DNA of 64,000 nt from Candidatus Buchananbacteria bacterium (lineage in GTDB: Bacteria; Patescibacteriota; Patescibacteriia; 2-01-FULL-39-33), in NCBI GenBank assembly GCA_041665065.1, contig JBAYJM010000003.1:5183-69182 (forward strand). The letters run 5' to 3'. Of the stretch, positions 19,922 to 29,369 are shown piece after piece. The stretch's first letter is position 1. Each line of letters begins with the position of its first letter. The translations under genes were made by a program, and so were the position numbers. A model generated the notes under the pieces. It was not told where the DNA came from, searched no databases, and saw only the letters and a list, made by a program, of their open reading frames with translations.

Positions 19922-20767
19922 TTAAATAATTTTAAAAATCTGTTTAGCATTTTTTGTTGTCTGCGCAATAACATCCTTAAGACTCAAACCCTTTAGCTCA
20001 GCTATCTTCTTAGCCACCTGTTCAACAAATATCGGTTCATTTCTTTGTCCCCTAAACGGTTCCGGCGTTAAATATGGAGAATCTGTTTCTATTAAAATAT
20101 TCTCTAGTGGCACCTCCCTAACTACTTCCTGGATCAACTCCGATTTCTTTTTAAAAGTAACTATCCCCGTAATGCCGACTGCAAACCCAAGCTTAATAAA
20201 TTCTTTTGCAATCTCAACGCTGCCCGAAATATAACAATGCATTACCCCTTTTTTTTCTAAAAGTGGCAATATTTCCTTCGTCTTTAGAATATCTAAAATA
20301 TCTAAATATGCATCATTGCTATTTTCCGAAGCTCTTGAATGTATAATTAATGGTTTATTTAAACTATTAGCCAGTTCAATATGTTTTAAAAAATATTCTT
20401 TCTGAATTTTTTTAACTTTTTCCATTTCACTGCCCAGCCTTAGATAATCCAAACCAGTCTCGCCGATTGCGACTACCTTAAAATTTTTAGCCAACCGTGA
20501 GATTTCCAAGAACATTTCAGAAATTTCTATATTTGCTCCATTATGTTTATCAGCCTCAATCGGATCCGACACATGGATGGGATGTATGCCCACAGAAGAA
20601 AAAAAACCACTATTAGTATTTGCAATTTCGATCGTCTTTTTAGATGTTGCCAGCTGAGATCCGACATTTACCACGATCATTTTTTTATCAACGCACCGCT
20701 TAATGACTTGTGCCAAGTCATCCTCAAAGGCTTTAAAATTAAGATGGGCATGAGAATCAAACAACAT
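19922..20767 (-). CDS. tatD: TatD-family metal-dependent hydrolase / DNase
   Basis: MLFDSHAHLN N-terminal HxH. Conserved His/Glu/Asp metal ligands along a TIM barrel. 281 aa. Confidence 0.9.
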   Translation of the reverse strand: MLFDSHAHLNFKAFEDDLAQVIKRCVDKKMIVVNVGSQLATSKKTIEIANTNSGFFSSVGIHPIHVSDPIEADKHNGANIEISEMFLEISRLAKNFKVVAIGETGLDYLRLGSEMEKVKKIQKEYFLKHIELANSLNKPLIIHSRASENSNDAYLDILDILKTKEILPLLEKKGVMHCYISGSVEIAKEFIKLGFAVGITGIVTFKKKSELIQEVVREVPLENILIETDSPYLTPEPFRGQRNEPIFVEQVAKKIAELKGLSLKDVIAQTTKNAKQIFKII

Positions 20768-20771
20768 ATAA

Positions 20772-21299
20772 TTATTTGAAAATAGACTGCATTTTTATCA
20801 TAGCTTCAGGCAATGCCCAACCACTCATATAAGCAACCGACGATACTAAAAAATTTGCCACCTGGGAGTGTGCTAAATTATTGGAGATAAAAGGAATGTC
20901 TGGAGCAATTTTTGCGATGACATATATCAGTAAGCCAGTCACTAATATGCCCTCAGCTAAACCTAAAATCAAACCGGCCAACCGATTTAATGTTTTTAAA
21001 AATGGTATAAATGATATCAAGTCAAAAAGCTTTCCAATTAAGAGAAAAGCTATTGCGATAACCCTGTTTATGAGAATAAATAAAATTAGAAAAGCAATAA
21101 CTCGCGCAGCAACCGGATGACCCCCGATAAATGGCGTGAGCCAATCGCCAAATTGCCCAAAATACCTGCTTGCCACCCAAGCACCGGCAAAGAAACCAAT
21201 AATAGCGCCGACTGTTCTTATAAAGCCGGCAAAGAAACCGCCAATAGTAAAAGCCAGTACGATGACCAAGAGAATTACGTCAGTTAACGTAAACGCCAT
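20772..21299 (-). CDS. CvpA-family membrane protein
   Basis: 175 aa with four TM helices. Size and topology match CvpA. Confidence 0.55.
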   Translation of the reverse strand: MAFTLTDVILLVIVLAFTIGGFFAGFIRTVGAIIGFFAGAWVASRYFGQFGDWLTPFIGGHPVAARVIAFLILFILINRVIAIAFLLIGKLFDLISFIPFLKTLNRLAGLILGLAEGILVTGLLIYVIAKIAPDIPFISNNLAHSQVANFLVSSVAYMSGWALPEAMIKMQSIFK

Positions 21300-21305
21300 A
21301 TTATT

Positions 21306-22814
21306 TTAATTAATGTTTAGCCTTGGAAATAAAGCCTCATTTTTCTTAATTACCGTTTTCGGCATTAACCTCCCCCACTCCTTTAAATCATTGATTGAGT
21401 AATTTGTAAAATCTTCCTGCCCTAATGAGATTAAAATTTTAGTTGCAGTATCTGGCATAATTGGATAAAGCATGATCCCTAGGTTTCTTATTACCTCAAG
21501 TAAATTATAAATTACCTTAGCCAGGGCCACATTATCTGATTTAGCCAGTTGCCAGGGCTTATTTTTTTCAACATAACCGTCTGCCAGAGCATTAAGTTCT
21601 TTTATGGCGGAAATGGCGTCATAGACATTAAAACTTTCCATAGCTGAGTCATAGCGCTGCCAAATTTTTGAAACATCAAGTTTTAGTTCATCATTTTTTG
21701 CAGGAACGCTTCCTTCAAAATATTTTTCACTCATTGCGGCTACCCTGCTTACTAAATTACCGATTCCATTTGCTAAATCCGAATTGTATTGGATTGAAAA
21801 ATTACCCAGCTTTATATCACCATCCTGGCCAAAAGGAAATTGTGAAAGCAACAAATAACGCGTTGCGTCAGTGCCAAATTCTTTAATTAAATCATGGGGG
21901 TCAATAATATTGCCAATTGACTTTCCCATTTTTTGTCCATCAACAGTAAACCAACCGTGGGCAAAAATGTTTTTAGGCATTGGCAAACCAACAGCAAAAA
22001 GAATGGCCGGCCAAAAAATACAGTGGAATTTAATTATTTCTTTGCCAACCAAATGCAATTCTGCCGGCCAAAATTTTCTGAAATTAATATCTTCCGCAGA
22101 CCCGTAACCCAAAGCAGTAACGTAATTCATAAGGGCGTCGACCCAAACATAAGCAACCTGATTTTGATCCCATGGCAATGGAATTCCCCATTTAAGCGAC
22201 TGCCTTGAAATAGAAAAATCCGGAATATCCTGCTTAAATAAACCCAAAACCTCTTTGCGTCTTATTTGAGGAATTACCTTAAGTGATCCGTCATCAATCG
22301 CCTTTTCGATTTCTGGCAAATATTTTTTAAGATTAAAAAAATAATTTTTTTCGTGAATAAACTGGGGCTTTTTTTTATGAATAGGACAAAGGCCGTCTAC
22401 GAGCTCTTTTTCTGTCACAAAGGCCTCACAGCCTTGGCAATAATATCCTTCATATTCCCCCTCATAAATAGCACCCACCTCTTTTAATTGAACAAGTAAT
22501 TTGTTCACTCCATCCCGATGTCTGATAGAAGTAGTTCTGATAAAATCATCATTGGATATATCCAGCTCATCCCAAACAAACTGATATTTTGCGGCAATTT
22601 CATCACAAAACTCCTGAAGCTCCTTGCCTGCCTTTTGGGCTGCTTCAGCAATTTTAGCGCCGTGCTCATCCAGCCCCGTTAAAAAATAGACTTCCTCACC
22701 TTTTAGTCTGTGATATCGTGCCAAAACATCAGCCGCAATGGTGGGATATGAATGCCCTATGTGCGGTTCGGCATTGCTATAATATATTGGAGTTGTTATG
22801 TAAAATTTTTCCAT
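21306..22814 (-). CDS. metG: Methionine--tRNA ligase
   Basis: PHIGHSYPTIAADVLARY (HIGH motif). KMGKSIGN (KMSKS motif). CxxC...CPIH zinc knuckle. Confidence 0.95.
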   Translation of the reverse strand: MEKFYITTPIYYSNAEPHIGHSYPTIAADVLARYHRLKGEEVYFLTGLDEHGAKIAEAAQKAGKELQEFCDEIAAKYQFVWDELDISNDDFIRTTSIRHRDGVNKLLVQLKEVGAIYEGEYEGYYCQGCEAFVTEKELVDGLCPIHKKKPQFIHEKNYFFNLKKYLPEIEKAIDDGSLKVIPQIRRKEVLGLFKQDIPDFSISRQSLKWGIPLPWDQNQVAYVWVDALMNYVTALGYGSAEDINFRKFWPAELHLVGKEIIKFHCIFWPAILFAVGLPMPKNIFAHGWFTVDGQKMGKSIGNIIDPHDLIKEFGTDATRYLLLSQFPFGQDGDIKLGNFSIQYNSDLANGIGNLVSRVAAMSEKYFEGSVPAKNDELKLDVSKIWQRYDSAMESFNVYDAISAIKELNALADGYVEKNKPWQLAKSDNVALAKVIYNLLEVIRNLGIMLYPIMPDTATKILISLGQEDFTNYSINDLKEWGRLMPKTVIKKNEALFPRLNIN

Positions 22815-22865
22815 AAAATTTAAGATGTGATTCTAATATTATAATAAAATGGGATAAAATTCAAG

Positions 22866-23561
22866 TTATTTGAGTCCAGAGACCATTACGACAAATTCCC
22901 CCTTCACAATGCCGTCTTTCAGCTGATTTAGCACCTGTAAAATATTTCCCCTATATATGGATTCAAACTTTTTGGTTAATTCCCTGCAAACAACAATCTT
23001 TCTTTTCTGGTCCAGGATTACTGACAACTGCTCTAGGGTTTTGAGTATCCGATGAGTAGATTCGTAAAAAACCGTGGTTATTTCTGTATTATTAATCTGC
23101 TTCAAAATTGTTTCTCGACCCTTTTTGTGGGGTAAAAATCCTAAAAATAAAAATTTATCTGTTGGCAATCCTGAAATCGATAATGCCGCAGTAACTGCAG
23201 CCGGCCCAGGTATTGGTATAATTTTACAATCTCCCCCACTAATGCTTAAAACCTCATCAATTAATTTGTTGCCCGGGTCCGATATTCCAGGCGTTCCAGC
23301 ATCAGTAATTAGCGCAGCATCACTATTTCTTAAGATTTTTATAAGCTCAGAAATCTTATTTTGACTGCTATGCTGATGATAAGAAATTAATTTAGACTTG
23401 ATACTAAAATGATTTAATAAATTTGAAGACACGCGAGTATCTTCGCAAAAAATATAGTTAACTTCTCTTAAAGTTTCCAGTGCTCGGAGAGTAACATCGT
23501 TTAAGTTTCCTAACGGTGTGGCTACGATATATAAATTGTGCCAATCATTTTGCCTGTCCAT
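22866..23561 (-). CDS. rsmI: 16S rRNA (cytidine1402-2'-O)-methyltransferase RsmI (tetrapyrrole-methylase fold)
   Basis: LYIVATPLGNLNDVTLRALETLREVNYIFCEDTR N-terminus. Confidence 0.85.
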   Translation of the reverse strand: MDRQNDWHNLYIVATPLGNLNDVTLRALETLREVNYIFCEDTRVSSNLLNHFSIKSKLISYHQHSSQNKISELIKILRNSDAALITDAGTPGISDPGNKLIDEVLSISGGDCKIIPIPGPAAVTAALSISGLPTDKFLFLGFLPHKKGRETILKQINNTEITTVFYESTHRILKTLEQLSVILDQKRKIVVCRELTKKFESIYRGNILQVLNQLKDGIVKGEFVVMVSGLK

Positions 23562-23568
23562 AAAAACA

Positions 23569-24750
23569 TTATGACTTTTTAATCTTCTGCCTTTTAAACT
23601 CCCGCTCTTTTAATGATGCCCGCCTAGCCATCATAAGCTCTTCATCAGCAGGTACGACAAATGACTTGATCTTTCCTAAAAATTTAATTTCCTTCAATAT
23701 AAGATTTCTGACAACGGGGCTTCTTTCTCCGATTCCGCCAGTGAACACCACAGCATCAGCTCCCTTCATTATGGTAATAAATTGTCCGACATAGCGAACT
23801 ATGTCATATATAAACATTTTTAGTGCGAGCGTGCATTTTTCCCTTTCGATTTTTGTAAAATTTTTGTTCATTACATAGCCATAAACCTTGTGGCCAGAAG
23901 CTGTTAAGATTTCTCTCATATCCATCGTACCAGCTACTCCCAACAAACCAGATTGCTTATTAAAAAGAATACTAATTTCTTCGGTCTTCATTTTACAGCG
24001 CTCAATTAAAAATAGCGGGATGCTGGCATCCAAGTCTCCAGCTCGAGTAGACATTGTTAAGCCTTCAAGCGGAGTAAATCCCATAGTCGTATCAACAGCT
24101 TTCCCATTTTTAGTAGCCGTAATACTGCAACCGCTTCCAAGATGACAACTTATTATCTTTAACTTTTCAATGGGTTTTTTTAATTTTTTAGCCGCCTCAA
24201 GCGCGCAATATTGATGAGAAATGCCATGAAAGCCATAACGCCTTATTCCGTAAACACTATTATATTTTTCAGGCAAAGCGTAAAGACATGCATATTCCGG
24301 CATACTTTTATAGTAGTCAGTATCAAAAACGGCGTATTCTTTGGCTTCTGGAAGCAATCTAAGCGCCTGCTCAATGCACATTATATTAATAGGATTATGC
24401 AACGGAGCAAGGTAATTAAATTTTTTTAATTCATTTATTTTTATATTATCAACCAGAGTGGCTTCGGTAAATTGCGTTCCTCCATGTACAACGCGGTGAG
24501 CAACAATTTTTATTTCAGGCAGATATTTTTTTAAAGCCGAAATAACTTGCTCAAAAGCTTCGCCATGATTTTTTAATCCAGCGCGAAATTTTTTGTTAGT
24601 AATTGATCCATTTGATTTTACAACAATAAATGATCCATCTATTCCTATTCTCTCCACTATGCCAACCGCTTCCTCGACAAGATTAGGCAAAGAAAACACC
24701 TTGAATTTCAAGGTGGCGCTCCCGGAATTTATAACTAATATTTTATCCAT
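23569..24750 (-). CDS. ackA: Acetate kinase
   Basis: N-terminus MDKILVINSGSATLKFKVF. HLGSG and GFHGISHQY motifs. Confidence 0.95.
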   Translation of the reverse strand: MDKILVINSGSATLKFKVFSLPNLVEEAVGIVERIGIDGSFIVVKSNGSITNKKFRAGLKNHGEAFEQVISALKKYLPEIKIVAHRVVHGGTQFTEATLVDNIKINELKKFNYLAPLHNPINIMCIEQALRLLPEAKEYAVFDTDYYKSMPEYACLYALPEKYNSVYGIRRYGFHGISHQYCALEAAKKLKKPIEKLKIISCHLGSGCSITATKNGKAVDTTMGFTPLEGLTMSTRAGDLDASIPLFLIERCKMKTEEISILFNKQSGLLGVAGTMDMREILTASGHKVYGYVMNKNFTKIEREKCTLALKMFIYDIVRYVGQFITIMKGADAVVFTGGIGERSPVVRNLILKEIKFLGKIKSFVVPADEELMMARRASLKEREFKRQKIKKS

Positions 24751-25333
24751 TTTTAATTGTTGTTATTATTATTTGTCCCTTACTGCATACACCGTCGGGC
24801 AATGAAGCGTTTCCCTCATCGGTGTCAATATGCATAAAAAATTTAAAATTTTTATTTATTCTTACTTCAACGTCCTCAAAAATCACACTGCGATTACCCG
24901 GAGTTTTTACGGATATTAAACTTTTTTCAGTTAAGCTCATTTTTTTTGCCATAACCAAGTCACAATGAATATGGCGCTTTGCAATTATTATCCCCTCTTT
25001 AATTCTGACAGTTCCCTTGGGGCCTATCACCGTTCCACCGACAGATCCTCGCAAATCACCTGAGAGCCGCAATGGCGGTTTTATTCCTAATTTACGAGCA
25101 TCTGTCATTGACAGTTCAATCTGCGTTTTTTCTCTAACGGGACCGAGAATCCTCAAATTATTAATTTCACCAGTCTCCGTTCTTAGAGTTACAATTTCCT
25201 GGGCCGCAAATTGGCCAGTCTGAGACATAGCCTTTTTAAAAGTTAACTCATAATTTACGCCGAAAAGCGTATTTAAATCCTTTTGTGATAGATGACAGTG
25301 CCTGGCTGACACTTCTATGACAATCTGTTCCAT
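24743..25333 (-). CDS. PduL-type phosphate acetyl/propanoyltransferase (probable)
   Basis: 196 aa. Two repeated RH(C/I)H motifs (SARHCHLSQKD and AKRHIHCD) as in PduL. Overlaps ackA by 8 nt, which implies co-transcription. Confidence 0.55.
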   Translation of the reverse strand: MEQIVIEVSARHCHLSQKDLNTLFGVNYELTFKKAMSQTGQFAAQEIVTLRTETGEINNLRILGPVREKTQIELSMTDARKLGIKPPLRLSGDLRGSVGGTVIGPKGTVRIKEGIIIAKRHIHCDLVMAKKMSLTEKSLISVKTPGNRSVIFEDVEVRINKNFKFFMHIDTDEGNASLPDGVCSKGQIIITTIKNG

Positions 25334-25373
25334 ATAATTATTGATTTACTGTATTTTATCACATTCCAAAGAA

Positions 25374-25406
25374 TAAAAAAAGCGCCCCAAAGGGGGCGCT
25401 TTTTTA
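25374..25406. terminator. Intrinsic terminator that works in both directions
   Basis: Sequence aaaaaaaGCGCCCCaaagGGGGCGCtttttt. Confidence 0.85.
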
Positions 25407-25412
25407 TAGAAG

Positions 25413-26282
25413 CTATTTAACTTGAGTCGGAGTCGACGTAGCCACAGGAGGCGTAATAATTTTATTTTTACTTAAATCTTTGTAAGTACCCATTAATTCA
25501 ACATTTGTAAAAATATATGTTCCATCCTTGGCAACGGTACCAACCTGTTTCCAAAGATCAGCTAAGTTGCCATATTCAGATACTTCTCCGCTAACCAAAA
25601 CCGTTGGAGCTAATTTAATCCCATATTTAGTTATTAATGCCTTGCCTTCAGCGCTAGAAATATCAATCACCCTCCGGTCTGATGTAGGAACCGCTAAATT
25701 TTTTAATGCATTTTCATGAAGCATGACATCATAACATTTAGGACAAGAGCTGTCTGTTAAATAAGTGATCTGAACGCGACCCCTCAATTGTCCAGAAGCG
25801 ACATCAACATACGGAGGAATCACTTGTCTAAATATAAAAGTATTTCCATCTATATCACCTAGAGCCTGCCAAAATGGCTGTAAATTGGCATCCCTATTTA
25901 AATCACCCTCTATTATCAAGGATGGAATTTTTGTAATTTTATATTTTTTCACCAAATCCTTTCCCTTTCCACTGTCATAATATAAAGTTGAAGTTGATGA
26001 TATTTTTACATTGTACTGGGACAATGCATTGGTAAATAAAGAAACATCCCAGCATTCTGGGCAATCCTTTTTTGTAATAATAGTCACTTTTAACTTTGCT
26101 GGGCTTTCAGTATTTCCGTTGCTAGCTCCCTTTCTAAAAAATCCCGGCCAAGCAAAAATTAAAATCAATACGACAATAATAATTGCAATTATAATTCCAA
26201 CTGTCGCTCCTCTTGAAAACATTTTTTTCTTTTCTTCCCCTTCGGTATTTTTTTTAAAAAAATTAAACAGCTTTTTAATCAT
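25413..26282 (-). CDS. Membrane-anchored protein with two thioredoxin-like domains (CPxC)
   Basis: N-terminal TM. KKDCPECWDV and DSSCPKCYDV CxxC motifs about 100 aa apart. Confidence 0.5.
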   Translation of the reverse strand: MIKKLFNFFKKNTEGEEKKKMFSRGATVGIIIAIIIVVLILIFAWPGFFRKGASNGNTESPAKLKVTIITKKDCPECWDVSLFTNALSQYNVKISSTSTLYYDSGKGKDLVKKYKITKIPSLIIEGDLNRDANLQPFWQALGDIDGNTFIFRQVIPPYVDVASGQLRGRVQITYLTDSSCPKCYDVMLHENALKNLAVPTSDRRVIDISSAEGKALITKYGIKLAPTVLVSGEVSEYGNLADLWKQVGTVAKDGTYIFTNVELMGTYKDLSKNKIITPPVATSTPTQVK

Positions 26283-26389
26283 ATTGAATTATTAGCTTAA
26301 TTACTTAATTATAAGATTAATTATAATACAAATTTTAAAATTTGCAAAATGTTCTAACCCCTAAACTATGAGCCCTTTGGATAATTATT

Positions 26390-26462
26390 GGACTCAGGGG
26401 GAATCGAACCCCCGACCTCGGCAATGCGAATGCCGCGCTCTAGCCAACTGAGCTACGAGCCC
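26390..26462 (-). tRNA. tRNA-Ala (anticodon CGC)
   Basis: Reverse complement reads GGGCTCGTAGCTCAGTTGGCTAGAGCGCGGCATTCGCATTGCCGAGGTCGGGGGTTCGATTCCCCCTGAGTCCA. Anticodon loop TTCGCAT. G3:U70 Ala identity pair. GTTCGATTC T-loop. No encoded CCA. Confidence 0.85.
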
Positions 26463-26549
26463 TCTTAAAACATCCCTAATATTTTCTCATTTTAGACTAA
26501 ATTTGTCAATTTTAAAAACCGCTTAATCCTCTACAACACACATACAAAA

Positions 26550-27011
26550 TCAATAATGATAATTTTTTCCTTGTATTATAGTAATTCCGCGATAAATCTG
26601 CTCTAATAAAAAAACTCGCGCCATTTCATGAGTAAAAGTCATTTTTGAAAGAGCCACTTTTTTATAAGGCAAAGATAAGATGCTTTCAGCCAATCCCAAA
26701 GTGCCACCGATTATAAAAGTCAATCCTTTATCAGCACCCATTAATTCCTTGGCAAAATCATCAGAGGTAAATTCAACCCCCCTTTCATCCAAAATCATTA
26801 TTTTATTTTCAACCTTTTTTATTCTGCCAAGCAGCTTATCCGCCTCAACGACCTTAACCCTAATTTTATCCCCATTATCATGAAAAGATTCCGCTTCTAT
26901 TTCGTCAATTTTTAACTTAACAAACGGCGAAAGTCTTTTTTGGTAATCCTCAGAAATTGATTTTAAAAATTTATTTTTTATTTTTCCTACTGCAACTATT
27001 TTTACATTCAT
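26550..27011 (-). CDS. rlmH: 23S rRNA (pseudouridine1915-N3)-methyltransferase RlmH (SPOUT)
   Basis: MNVKIVAVGKIKNKFL ... FIIGGTLGL ... LSKMTFTHEMARVFLLEQIYR. Close to the RlmH consensus end to end. Confidence 0.9.
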   Translation of the reverse strand: MNVKIVAVGKIKNKFLKSISEDYQKRLSPFVKLKIDEIEAESFHDNGDKIRVKVVEADKLLGRIKKVENKIMILDERGVEFTSDDFAKELMGADKGLTFIIGGTLGLAESILSLPYKKVALSKMTFTHEMARVFLLEQIYRGITIIQGKNYHY

Positions 27012-27080
27012 ATGCATCATTATACCAATAAATAAAACAAAGGCAAGTACTGTGTCCGTGCTCTTTAATGCGAACTTTGA

Positions 27081-27257
27081 CTATGAAAAATTGATAACTT
27101 CTTGCCGTCCTTCAACACCAATACCAGAATACCCCGAGACTTGTTCAATTAAAAAAGTTTTTATTTGCTTTTTTCTATTCTTATCAAGGCCTGCAATTTT
27201 CCCGGCCCTTCTTAATTTTTTGACAACCTGAGAAAGAGAATTATCCTGAGTTTTCAT
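27081..27257 (-). CDS. Small ORF of 58 aa, 5 nt downstream of the ECF sigma gene. It may be a sigma-associated partner. It is absent from the ORF track because it is under 60 aa.
   Basis: Found by hand translation of the minus strand: MKTQDNSLSQVVKKLRRAGKIAGLDKNRKKQIKTFLIEQVSGYSGIGVEGRQEVINFS. Tight spacing to the sigma stop suggests translational coupling. It has no TM segment. Confidence 0.3.
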   Translation of the reverse strand: MKTQDNSLSQVVKKLRRAGKIAGLDKNRKKQIKTFLIEQVSGYSGIGVEGRQEVINFS

Positions 27258-27262
27258 ATCGA

Positions 27263-27781
27263 TTAAATATATTTACTAAGTTTTTTTAAAGACTTATAAA
27301 TACGGACGGAAATATTATTGGGGTTTGTATGAAAAATCTCCGCAATCTCTTTGGGACTCATTCCCCTAATATACCTCATTATTAAAATATCTTGACTATC
27401 GGGACTCAATTTATTCATCAATTGATACATCTCGCCTAAAAGAGTCCTGGTCTCCAATATGTTTTTTCCATCATAAGACGGTTCATCAAAGCTATTTTGA
27501 CCAGAGAACATTGTGTGTTCAATATTTTGCCTTACCTTGTTGCGCCTGCTTAAATCTATTATTAAATTTCTAGCTATTTGATAAAGAAGAGCCTGCTCAT
27601 TTAGAATGATTTTTCCGCTAGCCAAGTATTTCCACACTCTCATAAAAGCTTCTTGCATCAATTCCTCAGCTAGTTGTCTTGAATAGACTCTAAAAAAACA
27701 ATATCTATAAATTGCATCCGCATATTTTTCATAGATATTTATAAATTTTATTTTTAATTGATCAGCCATTGGATTAGTCAT
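27263..27781 (-). CDS. ECF-type sigma-70 family RNA polymerase sigma factor
   Basis: 172 aa. Region 2 (YRYCFFRVYSRQLAEELMQEAFMRVW) and region 4 HTH (GMSPKEIAEIFHTNPNNISVRIYKSLKKL). Confidence 0.85.
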   Translation of the reverse strand: MTNPMADQLKIKFINIYEKYADAIYRYCFFRVYSRQLAEELMQEAFMRVWKYLASGKIILNEQALLYQIARNLIIDLSRRNKVRQNIEHTMFSGQNSFDEPSYDGKNILETRTLLGEMYQLMNKLSPDSQDILIMRYIRGMSPKEIAEIFHTNPNNISVRIYKSLKKLSKYI

Positions 27782-27946
27782 ATAAAATTATTAATTACGA
27801 AGGGTTTTATACGTAAAAATTTTAATAAACTAAAATTAAATCAGGATGAAGTATGTGCTAAAATTATTACCTTACTTAAATTTAGAACATAAACTTTTTT
27901 ATTCCCGTAAATTTAAATCGTTTCTAAAAATAATATTAAAAAAACA

Positions 27947-27975
27947 TTGACAGGACTTTATTTCTTTGATATTGT
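27947..27975 (+). promoter_or_regulatory. Candidate sigma-70 promoter for the 28028 gene
   Basis: TTGACA, 17 nt spacer, TATTGT. About 50 nt upstream of the ATG. Confidence 0.4.
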
Positions 27976-28027
27976 GCTCCCGCGGTGAACAAAATCTTAT
28001 TGTTCACTTTAAAAATAATAAATAAAA

Positions 28028-29281
28028 ATGAAAAAAACATATCTTATCATCGCAGGGATAATGCTTGCCACCGCCGCCGTATTGTCCTCTTATTTTATAG
28101 CTCCGGCAAATTCAACTTCAAATAATAAAATTACTGAGGATAAAAATTTACAAAGTTTATTTGTAGACCAAACGTCAGATGCATCTTACTTTTTGGAGCC
28201 CCAGAGCTATAGCCAAATTCCAGACAGTACAGTGACTATTCATCCAGCGACCGGAGGCAGTACCGCAACTAAAATTGCCATACTTATTCCTCAAACCCAT
28301 CGCTATCCCGGAAGCAATATATCTGACTCAGTAAATGATTCAGCGGTCATTGCGCAAGGACAAATATATAAAATCATATCCTATCTCGAAAAAGCGGGGG
28401 CCAATACAGTAATGGCGGAAGGAGACCTAGAAGGAAAAATACCCGATGATAAGATTAAAAATCTTTCACAAAAAATTACATTGAAAGAAGAACTTAAAGC
28501 TGAAGTTCAAAAAATTAAAGGATCAGACCAAGGTGAAATCACGCCTCAATTTTATACAGCCGTGGAAAATCTTATTTCATCAATTGATAGAGAAATACTT
28601 CTTGCCGGTGCGCCGTATAAGTTAAAGGCGGAAGGATATAATATAAATCTTTACGGCACAGAAGATCAGAAACTCCTAGATAACTCAGCTGAAATAGTAA
28701 GAAATACGATTTATCTTCAAGACAGGCTATCTGCATTACAAGGAGTAAATACTGTTGGCTTTAGCTTGAGTAAAACAAGTCTTGTTAATCCTGAAAACAA
28801 TTCAACACTTAAAGATAAATTATTAGAACTGTTACAAAATAGAAGCTTGGTTGCAAATACTTCAGATATAGATAATGAACTGAAGATGAACAAAATTAAT
28901 GCGGCGAATAATTCAGACTTAAACGCCTTGCTTGATCAGGCTCAAAACACCTACAATGAAATTAAGGAATTAGACAAACCCCAAACAACAAACTCTTCCG
29001 CTCCATCAAGACAACAAAATCCATATAATAATATTAATGACGTTGGGACAATACAAAATCTCATAAAGGATAACAACGATAAACTTCAGGAGACCGTTGT
29101 TGATCAAAGAAATCAAAGTACAGCAGAAAAGTTTGTTCAGCTACTTTCTGCTCAAAATAAGGATGTTGCCATAATAACATTTGGATCAGAACACCAAGAA
29201 GGGCTAATCCAAGAATTAAATAAAAGAGGTATATCAGTGGTAGATATACTTCCTAATGAAGTCGGTCAGAAAACACAATAA
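28028..29281 (+). CDS. Secreted hypothetical protein
   Basis: Sec signal peptide (MKKTYLIIAGIMLATAAVLSS). 417 aa, Asn/Gln/Ser-rich, with no recognisable catalytic motif. Divergent from the ECF sigma gene. Confidence 0.5.
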   Translation: MKKTYLIIAGIMLATAAVLSSYFIAPANSTSNNKITEDKNLQSLFVDQTSDASYFLEPQSYSQIPDSTVTIHPATGGSTATKIAILIPQTHRYPGSNISDSVNDSAVIAQGQIYKIISYLEKAGANTVMAEGDLEGKIPDDKIKNLSQKITLKEELKAEVQKIKGSDQGEITPQFYTAVENLISSIDREILLAGAPYKLKAEGYNINLYGTEDQKLLDNSAEIVRNTIYLQDRLSALQGVNTVGFSLSKTSLVNPENNSTLKDKLLELLQNRSLVANTSDIDNELKMNKINAANNSDLNALLDQAQNTYNEIKELDKPQTTNSSAPSRQQNPYNNINDVGTIQNLIKDNNDKLQETVVDQRNQSTAEKFVQLLSAQNKDVAIITFGSEHQEGLIQELNKRGISVVDILPNEVGQKTQ

Positions 29282-29301
29282 ATGTGATCTCAACCAAACA
29301 T

Positions 29302-29334
29302 AAAACAGTCCGCTACGACGGACTGTTTTATTTT
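29302..29334. terminator. Bidirectional intrinsic terminator between convergent genes
   Basis: Sequence aaaACAGTCCGctacgaCGGACTGTtttatttt. Confidence 0.85.
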
Positions 29335-29369
29335 AAGAGATAAACAAGCATGACTTTTGGATATTTTGA

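Noticed and set aside
19912-19974. Longer HIT ORF start (MLLRRQQKMLNRF...) overlapping tatD by 53 nt
   Set aside because: The HIT domain begins at the internal MEDCIFCKI. The extension has no support and would overlap the tatD coding sequence. An 8-nt gap is consistent with a compact operon.
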